DNA of 64,000 nucleotides from a virus: IMG/VR virus record IMGVR_UViG_3300028653_000010; one strand, 5' to 3'. Shown piece by piece: positions 10,229 to 18,878 of this stretch (position 1 is its first letter; each line of letters starts with the position of its first letter). The notes under the pieces were generated by a model. It saw only the letters and a program-made list of their open reading frames with translations, ran no database searches and was not told where the DNA came from. The position numbers and the translations under genes were made by a program.

Positions 10229-12039
10229 TGAGAACCATTGCACGAGCCCCCGAGTGGGCCTTAGGCAAGCGCCCACTTATTGGGGGGCACATGTGGGTCC
10301 CTCTTGGCTCAGCAAATCTAGTACCGCGCGTCAACATAGCTACCGGGGCTATTGACAGCACCGTTACCGCTGGTGACAACCCCCAAGCGATAGTATGGGA
10401 TGGTGGATCCTATATGTACTTGGCTGAGGTTGATGGGGATTCAGTTCAAAGAGTTAGGATATCCAGTCTTGCACTAGATAGTACTACTAACATTGGATCT
10501 CAACCGATTGCGCTAGCTAGGGATACTAGCTTCGTGTACGTGGTTGACAATGAAAACACGATTACTCGAATTGCAATTGTCTCGGGGGTTGTAGACTCTA
10601 ACATCAACTTCAGTAGTAGTGACGGTGTTCCCAACAAGGTGGCTTGGGATGGCAGCTTCAATATGTGGGTAACTGCCAACAATACTAACCCAAACACGAA
10701 CAAGATTCTGGAAGTATCAGTAGATACTTGGCCTAGTTATTCGTCAGTACATCTGATGAATGCCCCTAATTCATGGGGCGTTGCACGAGACGGGTCTGGT
10801 CACATCTACACAGCAAACTTTGGGCAAGGGACGGTCTCTAGAATCATTGCTTCTACTGGAGTTATTGACTTAGTCATCCCTGTTGGGATATCTCCAATTG
10901 ATATCGCGTGGGATGGTGGGGCCCACATGTACACAGTGGACCAGGATGGTTCAGTCTACAGGATCCTGATCTCAACAGGAGTTGTTGATCTGATCATCCC
11001 TGTTGGTTCTAATCCATATAGGGTTGCGTGGGACGGAGGGGCCCACATGTATGTCACTAACAATGGCACCAACACTGTATCTAGAATCCTGATCTCGAGC
11101 GGAGCTGTCGATGCGACCATCTCCCTGGGGTCAGGATTTCCAACTGGGGTTGCTTGGGATGGCGGCCTCTACATGTACGTATCCATGGATAGTACAAACG
11201 TAGCTAGGAGGATTCTAATCTCTTCTGGAGTAGTAAGTGATCTCATTAGTGTTGGTAGTGAACCGGTTGATATTGCATGGGACGGTGGACTCTACATGTA
11301 TGTCGCTAGTCAGAACGACAACACAGTTACCAGGATAGCAATAGCAGATCTGAGTACTACTACCATAAGCAGTGCTGAAACTAACCCATTCGGAATTGAA
11401 TGGGATGGTGGCTCATACATGTATGTTGTTGGTCGTGGTGGGAACACTGCTCATAGGATCCAGATCGCAACAGGCGCTCTACTTGGATCCGCAATTACAC
11501 TTGGGAACTCCCCTCGTGCTATCGCTTGGGACGGTGTGTCCCACATGTTTGCGGTCAATAGTAGCGATGGAACAGTGTCTAGCGTGGACACTACAACCGC
11601 AACAGTCAACCTGACTATCCCTCTATTAAACGACTTTAAGGGAGTTGCTTGGGACGGTGCGGACCACATGTATGTGGTTAGCTCGTTATCCAATCAAGTA
11701 ATCCGAATCAGTCTGACGAGTAACAATGTCGATGCTATGATCTTCGTAGGGAGTAGCCCGAATAAAATAGCGTGGGATGGGGCGGACCACATGTATGTCA
11801 CTAATTCCGGTGACGGAACTGTATCACTCATAGAGATCTCTTCAGGGACAGTTGACTCAACTATCAGTGTCGGGACAACTCCAGACGAGGTTGCCTGGGA
11901 CGGTGCGGACCACATGTATGTGAACAACAAGGGTAGCAACAATATCTCGCGCATCCTGATCTCCTCAGGGACAGTGGATGCTACCATTAGTGTGGCAGGT
12001 ATCCCGAGCGGTCTTGCAGGGGATGGCCCACTTCGATAG
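10228..12039 (+). CDS. YVTN/YncE-like beta-propeller repeat protein (~14 repeats)
   Basis: Repeated I-x-VG-x-x-P-x-x-(I/V)AWDG-x-x-HMYV unit; TAATG coupling with upstream gene. Confidence 0.85.
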   Translation: MRTIARAPEWALGKRPLIGGHMWVPLGSANLVPRVNIATGAIDSTVTAGDNPQAIVWDGGSYMYLAEVDGDSVQRVRISSLALDSTTNIGSQPIALARDTSFVYVVDNENTITRIAIVSGVVDSNINFSSSDGVPNKVAWDGSFNMWVTANNTNPNTNKILEVSVDTWPSYSSVHLMNAPNSWGVARDGSGHIYTANFGQGTVSRIIASTGVIDLVIPVGISPIDIAWDGGAHMYTVDQDGSVYRILISTGVVDLIIPVGSNPYRVAWDGGAHMYVTNNGTNTVSRILISSGAVDATISLGSGFPTGVAWDGGLYMYVSMDSTNVARRILISSGVVSDLISVGSEPVDIAWDGGLYMYVASQNDNTVTRIAIADLSTTTISSAETNPFGIEWDGGSYMYVVGRGGNTAHRIQIATGALLGSAITLGNSPRAIAWDGVSHMFAVNSSDGTVSSVDTTTATVNLTIPLLNDFKGVAWDGADHMYVVSSLSNQVIRISLTSNNVDAMIFVGSSPNKIAWDGADHMYVTNSGDGTVSLIEISSGTVDSTISVGTTPDEVAWDGADHMYVNNKGSNNISRILISSGTVDATISVAGIPSGLAGDGPLR

Positions 12040-12042
12040 TAC

Positions 12043-12288
12043 TTAGGTCTTCTTCCTCTTGTTCGGGATTACAACTGTCTCAATCAATCCTGGGTGCTCT
12101 CCACTATCCGCTGAAGTCAACTTGTAGAGACCAGGATCAACGGGATGCAGTGACTCCTTTGGAGGTGGGTCACTCTTAACCTTTTCCACCACGGCTATCG
12201 TAGCCTCAAGAACCCCATCCAACTCAGCCTTGACTGATTGCATGAGCCCAGACTGGTGCCTGAAGATCTTTGGGTGGGGCCGATCCAT
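12043..12288 (-). CDS. Hypothetical protein
   Basis: 81-aa ORF directly downstream of 12291-12812. Confidence 0.5.
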   Translation of the reverse strand: MDRPHPKIFRHQSGLMQSVKAELDGVLEATIAVVEKVKSDPPPKESLHPVDPGLYKLTSADSGEHPGLIETVVIPNKRKKT

Positions 12289-12290
12289 GG

Positions 12291-12812
12291 TTATCTCTTA
12301 GTGAGGCCTAATGCCATGTGCAAGCCTTGGAGGAGCCCTTTGACCTCAAACACAGTAGTTCTAACTCCCGCTATTTCCTCGGCACGCTTACGATCAGCAG
12401 CTTCGAATTCCTCCTCCATAACCATGCGCTTGACCCTCATGTCAAGTCGTTGAAGGCTCTCTTCAATCTCCCTCACCTTGACTTCAAAGTTCTTAATACG
12501 ATGGATTAGGGAAGGTAGGGCTGTCGTATCAGCCTCAAGCATATCATCAAAGCTGAGGAAGGACGGGCGACGCCTACGAGCGTCGGTTGTCTCCTCAGTG
12601 TCTCGTTTGACATCCTTGATGGTCTCCTCTAGCCTGACTATTGCGTAAGCAAGTCCGGTTTTAGATTCAAAAGAACCAACCTTCTTCTCAAGTTCCTCGA
12701 CCTTCTTTCGAATGTCCTTGAAAAGAGCGAAGACAGTAGTGAACGCGGTACCGCCACCGGATAAGACGGCAGTAATCAAACTGCCGATCAAGGTCTCTGG
12801 GGTGAAGGACAT
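12291..12812 (-). CDS. Membrane-anchored coiled-coil protein
   Basis: N-terminal hydrophobic segment LIGSLITAVLSGGGTAFTTVFALF followed by heptad-rich helices. Confidence 0.6.
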   Translation of the reverse strand: MSFTPETLIGSLITAVLSGGGTAFTTVFALFKDIRKKVEELEKKVGSFESKTGLAYAIVRLEETIKDVKRDTEETTDARRRRPSFLSFDDMLEADTTALPSLIHRIKNFEVKVREIEESLQRLDMRVKRMVMEEEFEAADRKRAEEIAGVRTTVFEVKGLLQGLHMALGLTKR

Positions 12813-12879
12813 TACACAAAGGACACCGCAGAAGTAAATCCGCAGTGCCCTTTGCAATCAACTAACTATACTTGGTTAC

Positions 12880-14517
12880 TCAGAGTTCAACTTGATTGAT
12901 GATGTCTACCCACTGGTTCTTGCCGGAACCAGTGACAAAATCACTGATCATGCTGAAAACCTGATCAGAGAACCCACCGATACCAAAAGTATCAGATCGG
13001 CTTACAACCTGATTCGTGTTGTGAGGTGCGAGATCCAAGCAGACCAACTTGGCATTGGGGTTCCTACACTTCAGTAAGTCCCATTGCCCTTGCATTTGAG
13101 TCGCCCCTGTGATCCCATGATTACCAGTCCAAGACTCGTAATCCGAGACGAAGATGACCACGTCAACCTTGGCGGCCTCTGCATTGAGCAAAGCCAAAGG
13201 TTTAGCACAATCAGTTGAACCACCACCAACGGAGGCTAAGATCTTGGTATTCTGCATGACACTGTTGCCAGCATGCACCTTGACCGGGACTACTCGACCC
13301 TCGAAGGCGATGAGTCTAGCCCGCGGGTTCCTTCTGAGGATGGACGAACCAATCAACGAACCCACATCGATGCTCATGACCTTTGTAGTGGAACCCTTTC
13401 GAGAACCAGTTACAGGGCTTGTGGACATCGACCCAGACACGTCGACACAGATGACTACGTTCTGCCCATCGAAGGCAGGAACGTTCATTGTAGCTAGTTC
13501 AAGAGCTTCCTCAAGAGCTACAATGATCTTGTTCGGCATCTGTTCAAAGTCGTCATCATTGGGCTTTGAACCACGGAAGGTGATGCTCCGATCCGTAACC
13601 GCCTTGTAGGTCATCATGATCTGGTATGGAAAGACGTGAGCCTTTTCGATCAGATCCTTGTTATGTAGTTTGGCTGCAATCAAGTTGACCATCTCAGGGT
13701 CCGCAAGAACTCCGTGACGAGCGAACGTATTGAGATTCTTGAAGGTCTGAGGCCAAGTTGCCTTGGCGGCTACCGCCTTCCAATCATCAAGACTCAACTT
13801 AAGTCCCAATAGCATCTCGAAGGGTGCATTAGGAACCTCACCCACCGGGGACACCCGGAAGGCTTCATAAGCCGCTACTAGCGCCGGGAGAGACTCAGCC
13901 GTAACGAAGTCCTCACCGTCGAAGAAACCCTTATCCTTGCCCGCCAGGTGAGCATAGAGAGCAGACCTGGTCCTAGACGTCGGGCGCACCCGAGCCACCT
14001 TCACCACGTCACCCAAGGTCGGGTTGTTACCGACCGAGTTGAAGAATATTTGGTCGTCAGTCCTAGAGTCGAACCACTGGGCAATGACCTTTCGCAGCCG
14101 GTGCGAGGAAGCGTTCCTCTTACCAAACTTCCCAGACCGAATGATCTGAGCAAAGTTGCGCAACATCTTACCGTTGCTGACTACGCGCGGGAAGACCTTC
14201 ACGCAGAGCTCAGGGTTACGAACAGCTAAGTTGGCCAGGAGGGCCGCCGGCATGTCCTTCATGTACCCAGTCGTATGGGCATAAACCGCTAGCTTAGCCA
14301 CGAACTCAGGATCAGACTTCCCGACTAGGTCGAGAACCTGCTCTGCCTGTGACTCAGCAGTTGTATAGAAGGTACTGTTAAAACAACCAGTTACAGCTAG
14401 TTGTGCCAGGGCATTCTCCGGCGCCATAGCATACGCATCCCCACCAGCATAATTGCTCGCATTCGGGTTCAAACCGACGATATTATTCTTGGCCACGGTG
14501 GCCTCCATTTCTAGCAT
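12880..14517 (-). CDS. Ro60/TROVE domain RNA-binding protein with vWA domain
   Basis: LAQLAVTGCFNSTFY, GYMKDMPA, NGKMLRNF, DVSGSM (MIDAS), GGGSTDC, VSDYESW; likely start GTG 14499 after GGAGG. Confidence 0.93.
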   Translation of the reverse strand: MLEMEATVAKNNIVGLNPNASNYAGGDAYAMAPENALAQLAVTGCFNSTFYTTAESQAEQVLDLVGKSDPEFVAKLAVYAHTTGYMKDMPAALLANLAVRNPELCVKVFPRVVSNGKMLRNFAQIIRSGKFGKRNASSHRLRKVIAQWFDSRTDDQIFFNSVGNNPTLGDVVKVARVRPTSRTRSALYAHLAGKDKGFFDGEDFVTAESLPALVAAYEAFRVSPVGEVPNAPFEMLLGLKLSLDDWKAVAAKATWPQTFKNLNTFARHGVLADPEMVNLIAAKLHNKDLIEKAHVFPYQIMMTYKAVTDRSITFRGSKPNDDDFEQMPNKIIVALEEALELATMNVPAFDGQNVVICVDVSGSMSTSPVTGSRKGSTTKVMSIDVGSLIGSSILRRNPRARLIAFEGRVVPVKVHAGNSVMQNTKILASVGGGSTDCAKPLALLNAEAAKVDVVIFVSDYESWTGNHGITGATQMQGQWDLLKCRNPNAKLVCLDLAPHNTNQVVSRSDTFGIGGFSDQVFSMISDFVTGSGKNQWVDIINQVEL

Positions 14518-14655
14518 TCCAGTCCTAACGGACTGGACAAGTTGCCCCTCGATATGAGGAACTCACCTATCTACACCAGCTAGTTTTAATCTTCAAGTGA
14601 AATCGACATGAAGTCTCTGAGGGGACTTCATGTCCCCTTGGTGTAGTGACAATAC

Positions 14656-15576
14656 ATGGTTAGTGATCCGGCACCTCTAGTAGGTGAGGCTGTGGCAGAT
14701 GCTCTTGGAATGCCCTTCGAAACACGGCTTGCGAGCGATCCTATGCTCCTAAGTTGGAGGGGAGACTACTTGCCAAGTGAGTATCATCAGCTCACCCCTG
14801 GCCAATGGACTGATGATACTATGATGGCGAAGATGCTTACAGAATCCCTGTACATCTGTGGGGGTTTTTACCCGCGCGATGTCGCCAACCGGTATCTCCA
14901 CTGGTACATCGCCGGGGATACTCGGGGGATGGGTAAGACCACCAAAGCCTCACTTCAACGCTTGAAGGAGGGTTTTCGCTGGACAGATAGTGGGATTGAT
15001 GGCGCCGAAGGCAATGGTACCGCAATGCGGGCGGCCCCCATGGGAGCATTTTACCATGATGATCCGCTGACGGTATCCGAGTTTGCAAGGATGGAGTCTA
15101 GGATCACCCATAAGTCAGTGGAAGCTCGAGAGGGTTCAGCAGCAGTTGCCTTGATGGTTGCTTTCATCTGGCAGGGGGTACCAAAGTTTGATCTTATTGA
15201 AGCTACCTTGGATTTTCTGAGCAACTCCAAGATCAAAGACAAGCTCATCATACTCGGAAAGACCAAAGACCGACTTTCCCTACCGGAGGCATTCAGTGTC
15301 TTTGGAACCAAGTCTCATGTAACCCAAACGGTACCCTCAGCGGCAGCCGCCTTCATGCTCACTGATTCATACGAGGATGCTGTCATGGCCGCCATCAGAG
15401 CGGGTGGGGACACAGACACGACAGCTGCTATCGCCGGAGCAATGGCCGGCTCCTACTATGGGTTCGAAGCTATCCCTAAGAAGTTCAAGCTCTCACTGGA
15501 GAGAATGGATCACCTGCACAACTTAGATAACCATATTGGGGTAGGCCCAAATACAACGGTCATGTGGAAACTCTGA
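14656..15576 (+). CDS. ADP-ribosylglycohydrolase (DraG/ARH family)
   Basis: ADALGMPFE, WTDDT, GNGTAMR, GGDTDTTAAIAGA. Confidence 0.95.
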   Translation: MVSDPAPLVGEAVADALGMPFETRLASDPMLLSWRGDYLPSEYHQLTPGQWTDDTMMAKMLTESLYICGGFYPRDVANRYLHWYIAGDTRGMGKTTKASLQRLKEGFRWTDSGIDGAEGNGTAMRAAPMGAFYHDDPLTVSEFARMESRITHKSVEAREGSAAVALMVAFIWQGVPKFDLIEATLDFLSNSKIKDKLIILGKTKDRLSLPEAFSVFGTKSHVTQTVPSAAAAFMLTDSYEDAVMAAIRAGGDTDTTAAIAGAMAGSYYGFEAIPKKFKLSLERMDHLHNLDNHIGVGPNTTVMWKL

Positions 15577-15577
15577 G

Positions 15578-15649
15578 CGCTTCCGGAGGGGTTCGAACCC
15601 ACGACCAATGAGGTTAGAATTCACTGCTCTACCGCTGAGCTACGGAAGC
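15578..15649 (-). tRNA. tRNA with CUA anticodon (putative amber suppressor)
   Basis: GCTTCCG/CGGAAGC acceptor; GCTC-AGCGGTA-GAGC D arm; GTGAA-TT CTA AC-CTCAT anticodon arm; GTGGG-TTCGAAC-CCCTC T arm; no encoded CCA; one mismatch each in the anticodon and T stems. Confidence 0.8.
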
Positions 15650-15837
15650 TTGGTATCACTATCAGGTGGATCAGTTACACCGGGAAGATTCTTGATCTTT
15701 GATCTCGCTATCCTCCAGGCTTGAACGACAACCCACGAGACGGATCGATCAAGGCGTACAGCCTCCTCACGAACCTCGTGGTACATATCCACAGGGAAGT
15801 AGAGACTCTGTTTGCAATTGGTCACCGTCATACTCAA
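15640..15837 (-). CDS. Small ribbon-helix-helix protein resembling the myxobacterial TIGR04563 (MXAN_4361/4362) family
   Basis: KQSLYFP-x2-M-x2-E-x2-EEA-x-RLDRS-x-SWVV-x-QAW-x-IAR. Confidence 0.8.
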   Translation of the reverse strand: MSMTVTNCKQSLYFPVDMYHEVREEAVRLDRSVSWVVVQAWRIARSKIKNLPGVTDPPDSDTKLP

Positions 15838-16182
15838 CTATAGCCTAAGAGCCAATTGAATGTTACGCAAAAGTGGTTTGGCTTTCGGTTCGAAGGCCAC
15901 CGCAGTCAATTCGTCAAGTCTGTCTGGCTCTCTAAACTCCGAGATCATAAACCCTTTACGTCTAGCTTTGTGGGCCAAGGCGCTCAAACTCTCCTCAGTC
16001 GGAACTGACAGTAAAGCCAGGGTATTTGAGCTTGAGTGCCAACTCAAAGCACCTTCTTTATGCTGCATTAGGTACTCAGTCAGGGCATGTGCAGCCTGGA
16101 CAGCTTGTTGAGCAGGTGATAGATCCTCACGAGTTACAAGGTAAAGTTTCTGCGGGGTAGTAGTTTCCATGGAAGACAACAT
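15838..16182 (-). CDS. Pth2-like peptidyl-tRNA hydrolase
   Basis: KLYLVTREDLSPAQQAVQAAHA...FREPD-x3-ELTAVA; likely start ATG 16170. Confidence 0.85.
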   Translation of the reverse strand: MLSSMETTTPQKLYLVTREDLSPAQQAVQAAHALTEYLMQHKEGALSWHSSSNTLALLSVPTEESLSALAHKARRKGFMISEFREPDRLDELTAVAFEPKAKPLLRNIQLALRL

Positions 16183-16384
16183 CCGTCCGAGAGGGACCGT
16201 TGAACTTGAATGCTCGAAGTGTCATTGGGCCTCCTGGTTCGACCCACTTCATCCGAGCGTGATTGAAGCGAGTCGAACCGGAGTACACGTGTGTGATTCG
16301 TGCTTGGGTAAGCCTGAGATCACAGCCAAGCACGAAGATCAGACGAGTGGATCAGGGTCTTCAGGAACCTCATCATCCTCGTAG
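16169..16384 (+). CDS. Possible Zn-ribbon microprotein antisense within the operon
   Basis: CSKC...CDSC pairs; fills the gap between minus-strand genes. Confidence 0.35.
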   Translation: MEDNIRPRGTVELECSKCHWASWFDPLHPSVIEASRTGVHVCDSCLGKPEITAKHEDQTSGSGSSGTSSSS

Positions 16385-16809
16385 GCAGCCTGAACCCGAG
16401 CATCTTTGTCCACTTGGAAGTGCATCGAGATTGCCCCGATAACCACCTCAGGGATCCCAGCCGCTTGGAGCTTCTCCCTCCACTTAGGGTAGGGCCTGTC
16501 ACCCCCTAGGTAATGCTTTTCCCCAACTTGAAAGCTCGGTGGGTCAGAGTATACATTACCCTCCGGAGTTTCCAAGTAAGGCCAAACCTCCAAAGGACTG
16601 TCAGAGCAACACCCGCAGTTATGTCGAAGGTCAAACCTTTCAACTTTCGAGTTCACTGATACTGAGTAGTAGGCCACCTTGTTCCATCGACCCACATGCT
16701 TTTGTAGATCTGGAAACATAGCAGATAGCCGTACTAGCCTCTCTGCCTCAGCCGTCTTCTCGACGGCTTCCTTGTTGAGCTTGTCTAGCTCTACTTGGAT
16801 GCTGGACAC
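16339..16809 (-). CDS. Hypothetical protein (HNCGCC motif)
   Basis: 156-aa ORF translationally coupled (TAGTG) to the upstream gene. Confidence 0.7.
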   Translation of the reverse strand: MSSIQVELDKLNKEAVEKTAEAERLVRLSAMFPDLQKHVGRWNKVAYYSVSVNSKVERFDLRHNCGCCSDSPLEVWPYLETPEGNVYSDPPSFQVGEKHYLGGDRPYPKWREKLQAAGIPEVVIGAISMHFQVDKDARVQAAYEDDEVPEDPDPLV

Positions 16810-17276
16810 TAGGCAGCCACCTCAATGAGTTGGGGAGCAGCACCACCCTTGACCCACTCGTTGATCTCGTCAGCTCCAATCGGACACCTGGTGTCCGAAA
16901 AGTACCCTTCGAGGATACAGGCCATCCCGTAGGTACTCGGATAGTTATCCTCTTTGCATTTAGCTTCAACACTCTTGTACGCGCGCCCTCGAAGCATAGC
17001 CCAAAGGAGCAAGTAATCACGAGTCGTGAAGCCAAGGCTCCTTTTCTTCGTCCAGAGACGGTTTCGCTCATCGCCGGTCTCGGGGCGAAGGTAAGGCTTT
17101 AGGGATCGACTTCCGTTGACCCTCTGCCCCTGCTCGTTCTTGGCGGAGCGAAGACGCTGCACCTCGGGTAACGATCCATCTTTCCACTTGAGGCTTTGGA
17201 TCTTTCTACTGATCTCCAAAGTGTCTTGGATACTCTTGACTAAATCTGTTCGTAGTTTCTTTATCACGGTATGCAT
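16809..17276 (-). CDS. Phage hypothetical protein, first gene behind the RGPP leader
   Basis: AGGAGG SD at 17290-17285, 8 nt before ATG; LRGRAYKSVEAKC motif. Confidence 0.8.
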   Translation of the reverse strand: MHTVIKKLRTDLVKSIQDTLEISRKIQSLKWKDGSLPEVQRLRSAKNEQGQRVNGSRSLKPYLRPETGDERNRLWTKKRSLGFTTRDYLLLWAMLRGRAYKSVEAKCKEDNYPSTYGMACILEGYFSDTRCPIGADEINEWVKGGAAPQLIEVAA

Positions 17277-17368
17277 CGCACTAACCTCCTAGTCGTTTCA
17301 AAGTTATTTGAAAAACGAACATGAGGCGGCGGGCCGCGAGCTGAAGAAATCTACGTATACTTCGACAT
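17264..17368 (-). promoter_or_regulatory. Leader uORF MSKYT-[TAG]-ISSARGPPPH... (amber-interrupted arrest peptide / translational attenuator)
   Basis: ATG 17368; in-frame TAG 17353-17351; CGC GGC CCG CCG CCT at 17338-17324; stem 17324-17285 can occlude the downstream AGGAGG. Confidence 0.7.
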
Positions 17369-17375
17369 GCCACCC

Positions 17376-17404
17376 AGGATAATCAGTTGTCCTAGTTCTG
17401 TCAA
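17376..17404 (-). promoter_or_regulatory. Sigma70-type promoter TTGACA-N17-TATCCT, 7 nt before the leader ATG
   Basis: Perfect -35, 17-nt spacer, TAnnnT -10. Confidence 0.8.
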
Positions 17405-17421
17405 CGGTGTATCTTCCCTCG

Positions 17422-17838
17422 ATGTGTCGTTTCTTCAAACTCGAGGGAAAGACGGCGGTCCCCGTCAGCTCTATCGAATGCCTTGAGTGGATTGTACAAG
17501 ATCCTGATCATGGAGTTCGAAGAGTACGAAAGGATGAGTATCTTTCTGGGACCGAGGAGATCCTTGTATCAACTACTTTCCTCATGGGCATCAATCACCG
17601 CTGGATGGACGGAGCCGAGCCACTCCTATTTGAGACCATGGTATTCGGAGGAACTATGGATCAGGCCCAGTGGCGTTATTCGACATGGGAGAAGGCCGAG
17701 GCAGGCCACCAAGAAGTACTTGACCAGCTGCTCCGAGAGATGCCACACCTGAAGAGTAAGACTGGGTCCCCTCGCGAGTGCGTCCCCACCCGACACGAGA
17801 GAGTCATTCGTAACTTATGCCACCCAGAGAAAAAATAG
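17422..17838 (+). CDS. Phage hypothetical protein with TRHERVIRNL tag
   Basis: VSTTF...PLLFETMVFGG...RYSTWEKAEAGH phage-type motif; ATG 10 nt after GGTGTA. Confidence 0.7.
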   Translation: MCRFFKLEGKTAVPVSSIECLEWIVQDPDHGVRRVRKDEYLSGTEEILVSTTFLMGINHRWMDGAEPLLFETMVFGGTMDQAQWRYSTWEKAEAGHQEVLDQLLREMPHLKSKTGSPRECVPTRHERVIRNLCHPEKK

Positions 17839-17922
17839 TCATAGGTTATAGAAAGTTACTCGGCTTGACGTTGATAGCTTGCGCGGAATAGAAACGTAGA
17901 GTACCAAGAGATCGGAGGCGCA

Positions 17923-18423
17923 TTGATCACTTACTTGCAGGGTGACGCTACTCGTCCACAACCGAGTGAATCTAGAATCATTATGCATATTTGCAATGAT
18001 AGGGGCGGTTGGGGAAAGGGCTTCGTGTTGGCGTTATCCAAGCGCTGGACCGAACCGGAAGGGCAGTACCGGAAGTGGTACAAGGAAGGGCACAACACTA
18101 GATCTGGTGACTTCGCCCTCGGTAATGTTGGCTGGGCTTTGGTCGGTCCTGGTCTCTGGGTCGCCAACATGATTGCCCAGGTTGGTTATGGGAGGGCTGG
18201 AAGTCTACAGCACGCGGTTGAAGAGGACCCAGGTCCATCACCGCTTCGATACGATGCACTTCGAACTTGCTTGACCAAGGTAGCAGAGAGCGCTCGCTCG
18301 AAGGGCTCCACTATTCACGCCCCGAGGATTGGGTGTGGACTCGCTGGTGGAAAGTGGGATCAGGTAGAACCTCTGATCCAAGAGACAATGGGTGATCTTC
18401 CAGTCTTCATCTACGACCTATGA
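17923..18423 (+). CDS. Macrodomain protein (ADP-ribose hydrolase)
   Basis: YLQGDAT, HICNDRGGWGKGF, APRIGCGLAGGKW. Confidence 0.92.
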   Translation: MITYLQGDATRPQPSESRIIMHICNDRGGWGKGFVLALSKRWTEPEGQYRKWYKEGHNTRSGDFALGNVGWALVGPGLWVANMIAQVGYGRAGSLQHAVEEDPGPSPLRYDALRTCLTKVAESARSKGSTIHAPRIGCGLAGGKWDQVEPLIQETMGDLPVFIYDL

Positions 18424-18878
18424 AATCGGCTGCTATCACGGGTCACCGTACTATTGGCCCCAAGAGTACGAAACGGGTGTGGACTGCAGCCGCTACCTTG
18501 CTTATGAACCTAAGTATTGACGAAGTCTACCTTGGTGGTGCAAGTGGGGTGGACACAGAATTTCTCAAGGCAGCCCTTCACTACCGAGAAGGTATCAGGC
18601 CTAAACTCATCGTAGTGGTTCCGGACACCGTCGATAGACAACCCCTCTCGACTAGGAACTGGACTCGACGCGCAGACTTGGTCATCGAACTTCAGGAACC
18701 AATTACTGAGGACGATCACTACTTGAGCTACAAGAAGCGGAATGAGTACCTAGTGGACCGAGGGACCTTTGTAGTAGCGTTCTTCAACGGCAACTTCAAG
18801 TCAGGTACTGGGCAAGCCATCACCTACGCAAGAAAAGCCGGGAAGACCGTGTACACTATCCCTGTTTCGTTAGCGTGA
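18420..18878 (+). CDS. SLOG superfamily (YspA/DprA-like) protein
   Basis: AITGHR, GGASGVD, RNEYLVD, SGTGQAITYA. Confidence 0.85.
   Translation: MKSAAITGHRTIGPKSTKRVWTAAATLLMNLSIDEVYLGGASGVDTEFLKAALHYREGIRPKLIVVVPDTVDRQPLSTRNWTRRADLVIELQEPITEDDHYLSYKKRNEYLVDRGTFVVAFFNGNFKSGTGQAITYARKAGKTVYTIPVSLA

Noticed and set aside
10228-12039. CRISPR-like periodic repeats
   Set aside because: The repeats are degenerate, in frame and protein coding; no spacer structure or cas genes.
14518-14655. Y RNA adjacent to Ro60
   Set aside because: The interval is short, holds two promoter elements and shows no recognisable Y RNA stem or tRNA-like domain.
15578-15649. tRNA-Arg(TCT) reading
   Set aside because: The TCT register gives an anticodon stem AGTGA/CCTCA with only 2 pairs; the CTA register gives 4 of 5.
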